A stretch of DNA of 64,000 nucleotides from a virus. The stretch's first letter is position 1, and every line of letters starts with the position of its first letter. The DNA is taken from positions 1-64,000 of IMG/VR virus record IMGVR_UViG_3300031703_000001, one strand, 5' to 3'. The position numbers were made by a program, and so were the translations under genes. Under the pieces are notes generated by a model. That model was given only the letters and a program-made list of their open reading frames with translations, was not told where the DNA came from and made no database searches. Positions 28,002 through 37,742 of this stretch are shown one piece after another.

Positions 28002-28223
28002 ATGGGAAAAATAATAATTGACATAAGAAATGATATTACAGATGAAGATGCAATGAGTGCAGTACTTGCAGTTGTTAAAGAAGGTCAAGTATCAATTGGA
28101 GCAAAAAACAAAAAACATTACTGCTGGCTATCTATTCTTAATAATGGAATTCATGTGTCAGTATCACCAAAGTATAACTCAGATACAAATAAATTTATTG
28201 TATACTTAAACAAACCTAGATAA
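28002..28223 (+). CDS. Hypothetical protein
   Basis: 73-aa ORF coupled to the helicase start. Confidence 0.55.
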   Translation: MGKIIIDIRNDITDEDAMSAVLAVVKEGQVSIGAKNKKHYCWLSILNNGIHVSVSPKYNSDTNKFIVYLNKPR

Positions 28224-29326
28224 TGAAAAGAGATGAAATTCAAAAAGAAGCATTAGATATTGCCTTAAATAATAGAAGATGTGGATTAGCAATTTCTATG
28301 GGTGTAGGTAAAACCAGAATAGCAATACAGCATTTACAGTATTGTTACAACCCATTAGTAGAAGTCTTAGTAGTAATACCAAAGCATTCTGTATCTCAAG
28401 CATGGATAGATGAGTTAGGAAAGATGAACTTAGAAAGTTTAGTTAAACATATAACGTTTACTACCTACTTATCAATCAATAAACACAACCCTAATGACTA
28501 TGATGTAGTTTATTTAGATGAATGTCACAGTCTTTTAGACTCACATGACAAGTTTCTAAGTAGGTTTACTGGTAAAATCCTTGGATTAACTGGTACACCA
28601 CCTAAACATCAAGATTCAGAAAAAGGTAGAATGGTCAATAGATATTGTCCAATTAAATACACATTTACAGTAGATCAGGCAACTGACTCTAACATTTTAA
28701 ATGATTATAGGATTATAGTTCACCAGTTACAATTATCAAAAATACCTGCTCTTAAGAAAAAAAAGAAAGATGGTGGTCATTGGTACACTACTGAACAAAA
28801 AGATTATGATTATGTAAGTGGAAGAGTAGCAGACGCTCAAACACCAAAGCAGAAACAATTTGCTGCAATTATGAGAATGAGAGCATTAATGGATTATAAT
28901 ACTAAAGAACTATATGGTAAATCATTATCAAAAAGTTTAGGTACTAAATGCATTATATTTGCCAATACTCAAAAGCAAGCAGATGTACTATGTAAACATA
29001 GTTACCATTCTGGGAACAAGAAATCTGATGAAAACTTAGAATTATTTTCTGATGGTAGAATAGATAGACTATCATGTGTGCTACAATTAAGTGAAGGTAT
29101 TACTATACCAAAACTTAAACAAGGAATAATACTCCACGCATATGGTAATGAAAGAAAATCTGCACAGAGAATTGGAAGATTACTTAGATTAAACCCAACA
29201 GAGACAGCAGTATGTCATATACTATGTTACACAAACACCCAAGATGAAGTCTGGGTAAAGCAAGCTTTAAAAGACTTTGATCAAACAAAAATTACATTTT
29301 ATAACCCTTTAAACAAACAAAAATAA
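28223..29326 (+). CDS. Superfamily 2 (DExH) helicase
   Basis: MGVGKT, DECH, LTGT, QRIGRLLR. Confidence 0.9.
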   Translation: MKRDEIQKEALDIALNNRRCGLAISMGVGKTRIAIQHLQYCYNPLVEVLVVIPKHSVSQAWIDELGKMNLESLVKHITFTTYLSINKHNPNDYDVVYLDECHSLLDSHDKFLSRFTGKILGLTGTPPKHQDSEKGRMVNRYCPIKYTFTVDQATDSNILNDYRIIVHQLQLSKIPALKKKKKDGGHWYTTEQKDYDYVSGRVADAQTPKQKQFAAIMRMRALMDYNTKELYGKSLSKSLGTKCIIFANTQKQADVLCKHSYHSGNKKSDENLELFSDGRIDRLSCVLQLSEGITIPKLKQGIILHAYGNERKSAQRIGRLLRLNPTETAVCHILCYTNTQDEVWVKQALKDFDQTKITFYNPLNKQK

Positions 29327-29328
29327 CC

Positions 29329-29508
29329 ATGGAAATAGCATTAGTAATATTAGGTATAGCATCAGCAGTAATAATTTCAATATTCACTTACCACATTGGT
29401 AAAGAAGTTGGAAGAAACAAAGGTAAAAATACCTTAAAAGCAGACATCAATAGAATGACTGTGCGTACCATGTTGGTACACAAAAGAGATAACCTTAAAA
29501 ATTTATAG
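29329..29508 (+). CDS. Small N-terminal TM protein (59 aa)
   Basis: MEIALVILGIASAVIISIFTYHIG...; below the ORF-track cutoff. Confidence 0.5.
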   Translation: MEIALVILGIASAVIISIFTYHIGKEVGRNKGKNTLKADINRMTVRTMLVHKRDNLKNL

Positions 29509-29510
29509 TC

Positions 29511-29750
29511 ATGGGTAAAATGAAAGAATTATTTATAGAACAACAAGATGAACTAATGTACAGAGGATCTCAAGATCCACGTATAATAGCATTATTTAGA
29601 CCAGATGTAGAAAGTACTTTTATTAAAGTAGATAATCATCCATGTCCTAATTGCAATCAACCTGCAATAATGCGTAATGAATCTGAGGCATGTTGTGAAG
29701 CATGTGGTCAATCATATGTATACGTAGGCTCATCATTAAGATTTAAATGA
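29511..29750 (+). CDS. Zn-ribbon protein
   Basis: CPNC..CEACG; MGKMKELFIE N-terminus. Confidence 0.6.
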   Translation: MGKMKELFIEQQDELMYRGSQDPRIIALFRPDVESTFIKVDNHPCPNCNQPAIMRNESEACCEACGQSYVYVGSSLRFK

Positions 29751-30022
29751 TGAGAGCATATACATACAGCATTGATGATGATACAGATGTAGAATTCATA
29801 TACAGTTATGATCCAGGAGAAGAAGAAGTTCATACTGAATCAAATGGAGATCCAGGAACACCAGGTTCTCCTTCAACTATAAACATAACAAGAGGTTGGG
29901 TGACATTAGAATCATCAACACCGGGTGAAATGGTAGAGGTTGATATACTACCATTATCAGATCAATTAGACATAGATCTTGAACATATTGAAGAACTAAT
30001 ACGTGAAGAACATGAAGGATAA
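29747..30022 (+). CDS. Highly acidic small protein
   Basis: 24 D/E, 3 R and 0 K in 91 aa. Confidence 0.6.
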   Translation: MMRAYTYSIDDDTDVEFIYSYDPGEEEVHTESNGDPGTPGSPSTINITRGWVTLESSTPGEMVEVDILPLSDQLDIDLEHIEELIREEHEG

Positions 30023-30395
30023 TATATTTGTTACAGCATCAATAAAGAATGGAAGAATTCACTTCCCTATAAAAGCTACAGGAACTAAATTTACAAGTTT
30101 CCTGAGTCAGTTACCTGATGACTCTAAATTAGAGATCTTTATAGGAGTGGGTGGTGAAAAAGGGAGTAATCCTCAATTAGCTAAGATACATGCAATGATT
30201 AAAGAAATAGCACAAGAAATTGGCTATACTTTTGAAGAAGCAAAATCAGTTGTGAAAGAAAAATCAGGACTTTGTTTTCTAAAAGAAGGTAAAGAGTCTT
30301 GCAAGTCATTTGCAGACTGTGATAAAGATGAATTAAATCTTGTAATTCAAGCATGTATAGAAATTGGTGACTTTAGTGGAATGAACCTAAGATAA
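30012..30395 (+). CDS. NinB/Orf-like protein
   Basis: SNPQLAKIHAMIKEIAQEIG..KSFADCDKDELNLVI. Confidence 0.55.
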   Translation: MKDNIFVTASIKNGRIHFPIKATGTKFTSFLSQLPDDSKLEIFIGVGGEKGSNPQLAKIHAMIKEIAQEIGYTFEEAKSVVKEKSGLCFLKEGKESCKSFADCDKDELNLVIQACIEIGDFSGMNLR

Positions 30396-30821
30396 CTATT
30401 TAACTATAGTCATCTTAGCATTCAATTCTTTAAGTTGTTCAGTTACATTTTCACCCTTGTTAATTGCTTGAGTTAAAGCTTCAATTTCAGCTTTAGTAGC
30501 TGTAGTTTCAGTTTCAATCTCCAATCCTTGCTCATGAGCTTTGAATTTAAATAACTGTATTAGTGAAAATAAAGTATAGATGTCTGATTCAAATTCATCT
30601 AATTGAATATTTTGTTTTTCACCTTCAGGAAGTTCATGTTCTGTTACTATTGTATCAAACTTAGAAAAAATAACAGGCATTTCACCAGCTCTATCAGAGT
30701 TAATGATCATTTTGTTAGTAATTCTTTGTAAACCATGAATATATGCAGGGCTAATTATAAGACCTTCCATGTTTTTATTGAAATCATAAGTAATAGTAGT
30801 GTGTAATTTATCGTCAGCCAT
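30396..30821 (-). CDS. Hypothetical protein (only minus-strand gene in the early/middle block)
   Basis: 141 aa; own TATCTTTG element at 30844-30851 (-). Confidence 0.65.
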   Translation of the reverse strand: MADDKLHTTITYDFNKNMEGLIISPAYIHGLQRITNKMIINSDRAGEMPVIFSKFDTIVTEHELPEGEKQNIQLDEFESDIYTLFSLIQLFKFKAHEQGLEIETETTATKAEIEALTQAINKGENVTEQLKELNAKMTIVK

Positions 30822-30859
30822 AATGTTAATTTATTTATAATAACAAAGATAGTAAAAAT

Positions 30860-31570
30860 ATGCAAGAAAGTATAAACATCATAAAGAAAATGTTGCTATC
30901 AGATTTTAAAACATCTGGTTGGAATGATATATTAAATCCTTTTATAGAAAGTGAAGCCTTTGAAAGCATCACAGAAACACTAAGTAATTTAGTAGAACAG
31001 GATAGAAGATTTACACCAAAGTTTAAAGAGGCATTTACACCTTTTCTAAAAACAAATTTATCTGAACTTAAAGTAGTAATAGTTAATCAAGATCCGTATC
31101 CACAATTTGGAGTTGCTGATGGATTAGCTTTTAGTTGCTCAAAAACAGGTAAAGCAGAAAAATCTTTACAATACATACTGGAAGAAACAATAGGTAATTT
31201 CACTACTACAGGAAGAGTATTATATACTCCTGAAGAGTGTGATCTTAAACGTTGGGCAAACCAAGGTGTATTATTAATTAATACCTCACTTACATGTGAA
31301 ATTAATAAAATGGGTTCACATACAACAATATGGAAACCATTCATTGAATATGTATTTGAAATGATAAATAAAAATAACAAGGATATTATATTTATACTGA
31401 TGGGAAGAAAAGCTGAACATTGGCAATTACGTTTACCAGGACAAAAGATTTTTAAATGCTCACATCCAGCATCTGCTGCATATAACGGTGGTGTTTGGAA
31501 GTCTGATAACATCTTTATTAAAGTAAATGAAGAATTAGATAGACAAGCTAAAACTTGTATATCATGGTAA
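30860..31570 (+). CDS. ung: Uracil-DNA glycosylase (family 1)
   Basis: QDPY, GLAFS, WANQGVLLIN, HPAS. Confidence 0.9.
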   Translation: MQESINIIKKMLLSDFKTSGWNDILNPFIESEAFESITETLSNLVEQDRRFTPKFKEAFTPFLKTNLSELKVVIVNQDPYPQFGVADGLAFSCSKTGKAEKSLQYILEETIGNFTTTGRVLYTPEECDLKRWANQGVLLINTSLTCEINKMGSHTTIWKPFIEYVFEMINKNNKDIIFILMGRKAEHWQLRLPGQKIFKCSHPASAAYNGGVWKSDNIFIKVNEELDRQAKTCISW

Positions 31571-31608
31571 TAATACCTATATTTGTAAATCCCAACAACC
31601 AATATTAA

Positions 31609-32130
31609 ATGACTAATAATCAAGAGATTAAACAAGAATTAGAGATAGAAGTATTCAAAGAAAGAATGCTTAAAGTCTATGGAGCAAATGTATTTGTATA
31701 TACAAAAAACAATACAAAATTCAATATTGATCTTGAAACTATAGGTGCATGTGCACTACAAGCAGTAAAGAACAACAATCCAGAATTCAATCATATTAAA
31801 TCTTTAAGTATAAGAAAGAGACCTAGACCCTTTTTAGTTTATGTTCAGGCTTTATCATATATAGCATATAAAGATGGACATAGCAAAACAAACATAGGTT
31901 TATATTTAAAAAGAACTCATGCTACAGTAATAAACTCAATCAAAATGGTTGAGAATGCTTTGTTTACCAAAGATAAATTGATACTTAAAGCAATAGATAA
32001 CATATTAAAAGAAATAGAACATGTGGGAACTATTCCAAAAAATCTTAAAAGCAAACCTGAGCCCAAACCAAGCGTTGATATTATTTGGGATGAAGCAAGG
32101 CATTTCATTGCCTCAAATTTTAGAGAGTGA
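31609..32130 (+). CDS. Protein with DnaA domain IV-like HTH
   Basis: SKTNIGLYLKRTHATVINSIK resembles the DnaA_C IG..F.RDHTTV motif; TATATTTG at 31578-31585. Confidence 0.6.
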   Translation: MTNNQEIKQELEIEVFKERMLKVYGANVFVYTKNNTKFNIDLETIGACALQAVKNNNPEFNHIKSLSIRKRPRPFLVYVQALSYIAYKDGHSKTNIGLYLKRTHATVINSIKMVENALFTKDKLILKAIDNILKEIEHVGTIPKNLKSKPEPKPSVDIIWDEARHFIASNFRE

Positions 32131-32611
32131 TAAGGAAGTATTATTAAAATTAGGTTATATAAACCTGGAAGATAAAAGATACAAACTTACACCTCAAGCA
32201 AAAAAACTTATAGCACTCCTAGATAACTATTTTATAAAAGCAAAGAAGAAAACTAACATCCAACTTATGGGTAAAGATTTTGCTGAACAAATAAACATCT
32301 ATAGAGAGACATTTCCTAACAAAAGATTACCAAGTGGTAAACCAGCAAGAGTTAATGTTAAAATGTTATCTGAATCATTTAGATGGTTCTTTGAAACATA
32401 TGAATATGAATGGGCTGATGTAATAAAAGCCACTAAGATGTATGTAAATGAGTACAGGGATGCAGAATATTTATATATGCAGACCAGTCAGTACTTTATA
32501 TGCAAGCAAGACAAGCATAGAGTTAAATCTTCAACATTAGCAGATTACTGTGATATGATTAGAGATGGTATAGATACAGAAGAACAAACCTTTAAAGAAA
32601 AAGTAGTATGA
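32021..32611 (+). CDS. Putative replication initiator/helicase-loader-like protein
   Basis: wHTH-like N-terminus; VIKATKMYV..YMQTSQYFI C-terminal domain; upstream of the DnaB-like gene. Confidence 0.45.
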   Translation: MWELFQKILKANLSPNQALILFGMKQGISLPQILESDKEVLLKLGYINLEDKRYKLTPQAKKLIALLDNYFIKAKKKTNIQLMGKDFAEQINIYRETFPNKRLPSGKPARVNVKMLSESFRWFFETYEYEWADVIKATKMYVNEYRDAEYLYMQTSQYFICKQDKHRVKSSTLADYCDMIRDGIDTEEQTFKEKVV

Positions 32612-32636
32612 TAGAAATTTTATTAAATAAATTATC

Positions 32637-32930
32637 ATGATGAACAAATGGATTAACCCAACAATACTTTGGGACTGGGATGACTTTGGATTTGCTTTAA
32701 TACTAAGAAGGCAGAATAGAATAGCAAACTATAAATTTGCAATAGATATTCAAATAGGATGGTTCAACTTATGGACACAATTCTGGAGAAAACCTATGAC
32801 AAGTAAAGAATGGGTTGAAAGAGAAATGGCATCTGAATATGGATGTGACTGGCTTGAGCAAAGTCTTGAAGCTTTAAAAAACCCTGATGTAAGAGAGGAC
32901 TTAAAAAAAACATTAAATAAAGAATCATGA
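32637..32930 (+). CDS. Hypothetical Trp-rich protein
   Basis: 97-aa ORF. Confidence 0.5.
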   Translation: MMNKWINPTILWDWDDFGFALILRRQNRIANYKFAIDIQIGWFNLWTQFWRKPMTSKEWVEREMASEYGCDWLEQSLEALKNPDVREDLKKTLNKES

Positions 32931-33250
32931 AAATATCAGTAGATGAAATAGTCAAGATGAAAAATTTGACAAATGATGCCTTAGATAGAGCATATAAAAG
33001 AGGAGTTCAAGATGAAAGAGAAAGAGCATTGCCTAATACATTGTTTGATACATTGTTAAAATATGGTATAGAATCTGAAACACTTCTTGAATCACATATA
33101 AGTAACGGACCTTCAGATGGTTGTCATTGGATACAATTAAAACCAACTAGAGATGGTAGTGAAGGAACAAAATATGTAGAAATTTCTTTTCAAGAGAATT
33201 TGATGGAAATAGATTTTGTTGGAATAGTAGATGTTGAGCCATGCAAGTAG
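32927..33250 (+). CDS. Hypothetical protein
   Basis: 107-aa ORF. Confidence 0.55.
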   Translation: MKISVDEIVKMKNLTNDALDRAYKRGVQDERERALPNTLFDTLLKYGIESETLLESHISNGPSDGCHWIQLKPTRDGSEGTKYVEISFQENLMEIDFVGIVDVEPCK

Positions 33251-33933
33251 ATTTAATATCAAAAACAACAGGTTTAGGTTCTTATAAGGATTTAGATCAG
33301 GCTGAAATAGTTGCAGCAATTGCAAGACATGGAACTATAAAAGAAGATAATGGTAAACTAATCAAGTATCTTATGAGCAATGCTCATTGGAGTCCATTAC
33401 AGCATATATCATTTGGTTTTAAAATTGAAACCAGAAGAAGTATTTCTGCACAGATATTTAGACATAGAAGTTTGAATGGGCAGGAATGGTCTTTAAGGTA
33501 TGCTGAACCTTTAGGTTTTGAAGAGATAGACATTAGAAGAGAACACCCTACTAATAGACAAAGCAGTACTGACACTTTTAATCCTGAATGGAAAGACATT
33601 CAATGGGGTGGAAGACATGATGGTGAAGAATATACAACAAACGCTAAAGCTGCAATTGAAGCACTCTTTATAACAATAGAGAACCTATATGGTACTTTAA
33701 TAGAAGAAGGAGTTGCTAAAGAATGTGCTAGAGATATTTTACCTTTATGTACAAAAACTACAATTCATATTACAGCCACTTTAAGAGACTTATTAGGATT
33801 TCTTAACGTAAGATGTGATGATCATGCTCAGAAAGAAGTGAGAGACATTGCTGTAAGAATAGGTGAAGAATTAGAGAAAGAACTACCCAATGTTTTCAAT
33901 AAATTAGATTGGAGAAATGGAATGTTCATGTAA
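33241..33933 (+). CDS. thyX: Flavin-dependent thymidylate synthase
   Basis: HWSPL, QIFRHRSLNGQEWSLRY (RHRx7S), ECARDILP, HAQKEVR. Confidence 0.9.
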   Translation: MQVDLISKTTGLGSYKDLDQAEIVAAIARHGTIKEDNGKLIKYLMSNAHWSPLQHISFGFKIETRRSISAQIFRHRSLNGQEWSLRYAEPLGFEEIDIRREHPTNRQSSTDTFNPEWKDIQWGGRHDGEEYTTNAKAAIEALFITIENLYGTLIEEGVAKECARDILPLCTKTTIHITATLRDLLGFLNVRCDDHAQKEVRDIAVRIGEELEKELPNVFNKLDWRNGMFM

Positions 33934-33944
33934 ACTTAAAAATT

Positions 33945-34631
33945 ATGAAAAACTTAAAAATCTGGCACATAGGAGATACTCACACGTATCATGGACTATT
34001 AGAAATACCTGAAGGAATAGATATAGTCATCTTTAGTGGTGACTGTTCTAACCCTAGAGCTCCTTATACTAATGAACCTGAAGTTAGAAACTTTTTAGAT
34101 TGGTTCAAAAATTTACCTATTAAACATAAAGTGTTTGTAGCAGGTAACCATGATTCAAGTATTGAGTCTAAACTTGTAACTAAAGAAGAATTCCATTTAA
34201 TAGGAGTACACTATTTAGAAAATGATGATGTTACAATTGAAGGATTGAAAATATGGGGAAGTCCTCATACACCTACTTTTGGAACTTGGTCATTTATGAA
34301 ACAAAGATCTAAGTTAGATAAGGTATGGAAAAGTATTCCAGATGATACAGATATTATAGTAGTTCATGGACCACCTAAAGGAGTCTTAGATTTATCCTAT
34401 GATAGATATGGTACGTTAGAATTTTGTGGATGTTCAGCTTTAAAGAAAAGAGTGTTGAGTTTACCAGGTTTAAAATTAGTTTGTTTTGGTCATATTCATA
34501 ATAACAAAGATGTAATCAATGCGGGTACTATGAAACTAAGTGTACAAGATACTATTTTCAGTAATGGTTCAGTATTAACAGACGGTAAGTTTGGTAGATT
34601 AAGTAGTAATGGTAATATCATAGAATTATGA
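33945..34631 (+). CDS. Calcineurin-like metallophosphoesterase (MPPED/239FB-like)
   Basis: DTH, GD, GNHD, HGPP, GHIH; likely start 33945. Confidence 0.85.
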   Translation: MKNLKIWHIGDTHTYHGLLEIPEGIDIVIFSGDCSNPRAPYTNEPEVRNFLDWFKNLPIKHKVFVAGNHDSSIESKLVTKEEFHLIGVHYLENDDVTIEGLKIWGSPHTPTFGTWSFMKQRSKLDKVWKSIPDDTDIIVVHGPPKGVLDLSYDRYGTLEFCGCSALKKRVLSLPGLKLVCFGHIHNNKDVINAGTMKLSVQDTIFSNGSVLTDGKFGRLSSNGNIIEL

Positions 34632-34960
34632 GTAAAATAAAACAGCCAAAAATACATTTAACTTTAGATGAGTTATTAAAGGAAACACTTGGACCAAATG
34701 AAGATAGTAAATGGAAGTTGGTAAGAGAACGTGATAATTTAACTAAATATTCAGATGATGTACTATGGGTGGAGTGGAATGAAGATAGAACATTCAAAGC
34801 AAAGCATAAACACATTGATATTGGATATGCTCTACTGATGTCACCATTCAACGGTTCATTTACATGGCAAACTACACAAGTAACTGAGATTATAGAAGAG
34901 AAGGACTCTTATATAAAGTTTAAAACAAATAATAGCAATTATAAATTATACAGAATATGA
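34628..34960 (+). CDS. Hypothetical protein
   Basis: FTWQTTQVTEII..FKTNNSNYKL motif. Confidence 0.6.
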   Translation: MSKIKQPKIHLTLDELLKETLGPNEDSKWKLVRERDNLTKYSDDVLWVEWNEDRTFKAKHKHIDIGYALLMSPFNGSFTWQTTQVTEIIEEKDSYIKFKTNNSNYKLYRI

Positions 34961-35080
34961 AAATAGATGTAAAGAAAATAAAGTAGATTATTAACTTTGT
35001 ATAAAGAATTAGAACACTTTGAAAAGTTGGAATTCTCAGTACAGGATGATGGTAAAACCTTAAAGATATTCTTAGATTGA
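34957..35080 (+). pseudogene. Frameshifted remnant of a small phage gene
   Basis: MKIDVKKIK* then, in the +1 frame, RLLTLYKELEHFEKLEFSVQDDGKTLKIFLD*. Confidence 0.45.
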
Positions 35081-35127
35081 TTTTACCCCAATAATTATAT
35101 AAAAAATTAATTTTACCCTTAAAAGAT

Positions 35128-35352
35128 ATGAAAGCAATATTAAAATTTGATTTAGATAACATTGAAGATGAAAAAGATCACATGAGATGTATGAAATCAT
35201 CTGATATGGCATGTTTTATTTGGGAATTAAAACACAATTTCTGGAGGAAGTGGAAACATGATGATACAGATTTTACTTTAGATAATTATATGGAAGCACT
35301 TCATGACTTAATGGAGGAACACAATGTTCACATAGATGAATTAATTGATTAA
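35128..35352 (+). CDS. Hypothetical protein
   Basis: MKAILKFDL N-terminus resembles a common small phage family. Confidence 0.6.
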   Translation: MKAILKFDLDNIEDEKDHMRCMKSSDMACFIWELKHNFWRKWKHDDTDFTLDNYMEALHDLMEEHNVHIDELID

Positions 35353-35359
35353 ATAAACT

Positions 35360-35518
35360 ATGACACAAAATGAAATAGACATATCACTTAGTAAGTTAAA
35401 CTTAGTTCTTGAAGATTTTCAAATGCTTAGAGATGGAACATGGATTCCTGACACAGAAACTTGTGAAGCAAGCATGGAAAATATCACGGACATTATACAA
35501 ATTATAGAAAATGAGTAA
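35360..35518 (+). CDS. Putative 52-aa protein
   Basis: MTQNEIDISLSKLNLVLEDFQMLRDGTWIPD...; overlaps the helicase start. Confidence 0.5.
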   Translation: MTQNEIDISLSKLNLVLEDFQMLRDGTWIPDTETCEASMENITDIIQIIENE

Positions 35519-36467
35519 ACCAAAAGAAGGATGGGTAGGTCAATATGCTGCCTTTAATGAAGCATTAAAATACATGCATGCCAGGCAAAATGGATTAGAG
35601 AAATCTATCTATACACCTTGGCCTAAATTTAATGATGCTGCAACTGATGGTTTAGAGTGGAATACATTAACTGTTATTGGAGGAAGACCTGGATCAGGAA
35701 AGACTTTAATTAAAGATCAAATTATTAGGGAGTCATTTGCACTCAATCCTAATGATAACTTTAGAGTATTAGAATTTCAATTTGAAATGGTAGGAAGAAC
35801 TTCAGCCATTAGAGAGTTTAGTTCTTTTACAGGAAAAACATATAAAGAATTGTGTAGTGCAGGTAGTACTTTACAACCTGATATACTAAACACATGTCAT
35901 CAATATGCTAAAGAAAGAGTTAAAAATCCAGTAGACATCATCAGTACACCATTAACAGTAAATCAAATGCGTGAGCAAATTGATATGTATATGAATTTAC
36001 ACAAAGGAACAAAGACCATGATCACATTAGATCATACTATGTTGGTGAAAAGGGCCCCTTATCAGAACAATACATTAGATATGATGTTTGAATTAGGAGA
36101 GTTTTTTACACAGTGTAAAAGAGATTACCCTTGTCTGTTTATTGCATTATCACAGCTTAATAGAAATATTGATAGCCCAGACAGAGCAGTAGATGGTAAA
36201 TATGGTAACTATATACTTGAATCAGATATATTTGGTTCAGATGCAATGTTGCAACATGCAGATATGCTGATAGGTATCAACAGGCCAGCCAAACAAAAGA
36301 TTAGGTTTTATGGTCCGGATAGATACATGATTGAAAATGATAGAACTCTTGTACTACACTTCCTTAAAGCAAGGAATGGTGATGCAAGAATGAGTTTTTT
36401 CAAAGCTAAATTTGAACAAATGAAAATTGAGGAGATGGCAACTCCCGGACAACAAGAAAGAAGATAA
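35511..36467 (+). CDS. DnaB-like replicative helicase (C-terminal domain only)
   Basis: GGRPGSGKT, FQFEM, LDH, LSQLNR, KARNG. Confidence 0.9.
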   Translation: MSKPKEGWVGQYAAFNEALKYMHARQNGLEKSIYTPWPKFNDAATDGLEWNTLTVIGGRPGSGKTLIKDQIIRESFALNPNDNFRVLEFQFEMVGRTSAIREFSSFTGKTYKELCSAGSTLQPDILNTCHQYAKERVKNPVDIISTPLTVNQMREQIDMYMNLHKGTKTMITLDHTMLVKRAPYQNNTLDMMFELGEFFTQCKRDYPCLFIALSQLNRNIDSPDRAVDGKYGNYILESDIFGSDAMLQHADMLIGINRPAKQKIRFYGPDRYMIENDRTLVLHFLKARNGDARMSFFKAKFEQMKIEEMATPGQQERR

Positions 36468-36483
36468 TTAACAATATGAATCT

Positions 36484-37023
36484 ATGTCAATAACAACTGC
36501 AGTACGCAAGCAAAGAGTATCTACTCTAAAAGAAGAGCATGAAGCTTACTTTCAAACTGAAGGTAAAATAAATGCACTATATATTCCCAAGATGGCCTAT
36601 AGACCGTCTGGTAAGGATGAACTACATGTTAGTTTCTTTCCTAGTGAATTAGAAAATGAAGAAGACATTTATACTGAATTTGTCAGTATAGATTATATAA
36701 GTGAAGACCCTAAACGGACTTTATATCTTGTAAACTATAACCCACACTGGAAATCAGAGTATGAATTAATAACTTCAAACTCAGGATTTCAAAGACATTT
36801 GATTCCAGTAAGTGAGTTGGTAGTTATAAGTGACGTTACTGATAGAAATAAAAAACTTTCTACTTCAGGAATGATTACAGAAAACTTAGAGCAAACATTG
36901 TTTGAGCTACCAGATCCAGATGCAGGAACTGCAAATGAAAAATCATTACTGATAGATAAGTTAGAAGACATCAATCAAACATTAATAACATTAACAAAAG
37001 TAATCACTAAATTAACTAAGTAA
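36484..37023 (+). CDS. Hypothetical protein in the replication module
   Basis: 179-aa ORF. Confidence 0.6.
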   Translation: MSITTAVRKQRVSTLKEEHEAYFQTEGKINALYIPKMAYRPSGKDELHVSFFPSELENEEDIYTEFVSIDYISEDPKRTLYLVNYNPHWKSEYELITSNSGFQRHLIPVSELVVISDVTDRNKKLSTSGMITENLEQTLFELPDPDAGTANEKSLLIDKLEDINQTLITLTKVITKLTK

Positions 37024-37026
37024 ACT

Positions 37027-37710
37027 ATGGCAACTTCAATTCTCATAATAGCAGACTCTGGTACAGGTAAATCTACCTCTATCAGACATCTGAATCCTGA
37101 TGAAACGTTCATCATTAACATTGCTAATAAACCTTTACCATTCAAAGGATGGAAAAAGAATTACACAGCAATCAGTAAAGAAAATCCACAAGGTAATCTT
37201 GCATCAGCATCCTCTGCTGCAGGTATAATTAAAGCAATAAACCATGTAGATCAAAAAAGGCCAGCAATTAAAACATTAATAGTTGATGACTGGCAGTATA
37301 TGAGTTCTTTTGAATATTTTGATAGAGCAAATGAAAAAGGTTATGATAAATTCACTCAAATTGCGGCTAATTTAGCAATGGTAGCTAAAATCCCTAAAGA
37401 TTTGAGAGATGACTTAACTGTAATTTTCTTAACTCACTCAGAAGATTCAACTGATATTAATGGAAATAGAAAAATCAAAGCAAAAACTATTGGTAAAATG
37501 ATAGATAATACATTAACTTTGGAGGGTCTATTCTCAATAGTTCTATTTGGTAAAGTAAATAAAAATGATGATGGTGAACTTGAATATGGTTTTGAAACTC
37601 AGAACTCAGGAGAGAACACATGTAAATCACCACAAGGTATGTTTGAAGATTTCTTCATCCCAAACAACCTGCAGTTTGTTAAAGACTGCATTAAGAAATA
37701 TGAAGAGTAA
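37027..37710 (+). CDS. AAA_24 / Sak4-like ATPase (recombination)
   Basis: DSGTGKS, IVDD, FLTH, CKSP; adjacent to an SSB-like gene. Confidence 0.8.
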   Translation: MATSILIIADSGTGKSTSIRHLNPDETFIINIANKPLPFKGWKKNYTAISKENPQGNLASASSAAGIIKAINHVDQKRPAIKTLIVDDWQYMSSFEYFDRANEKGYDKFTQIAANLAMVAKIPKDLRDDLTVIFLTHSEDSTDINGNRKIKAKTIGKMIDNTLTLEGLFSIVLFGKVNKNDDGELEYGFETQNSGENTCKSPQGMFEDFFIPNNLQFVKDCIKKYEE

Positions 37711-37742
37711 ACAATTAATAAATCAATAAAAAAAGCAAAAGT

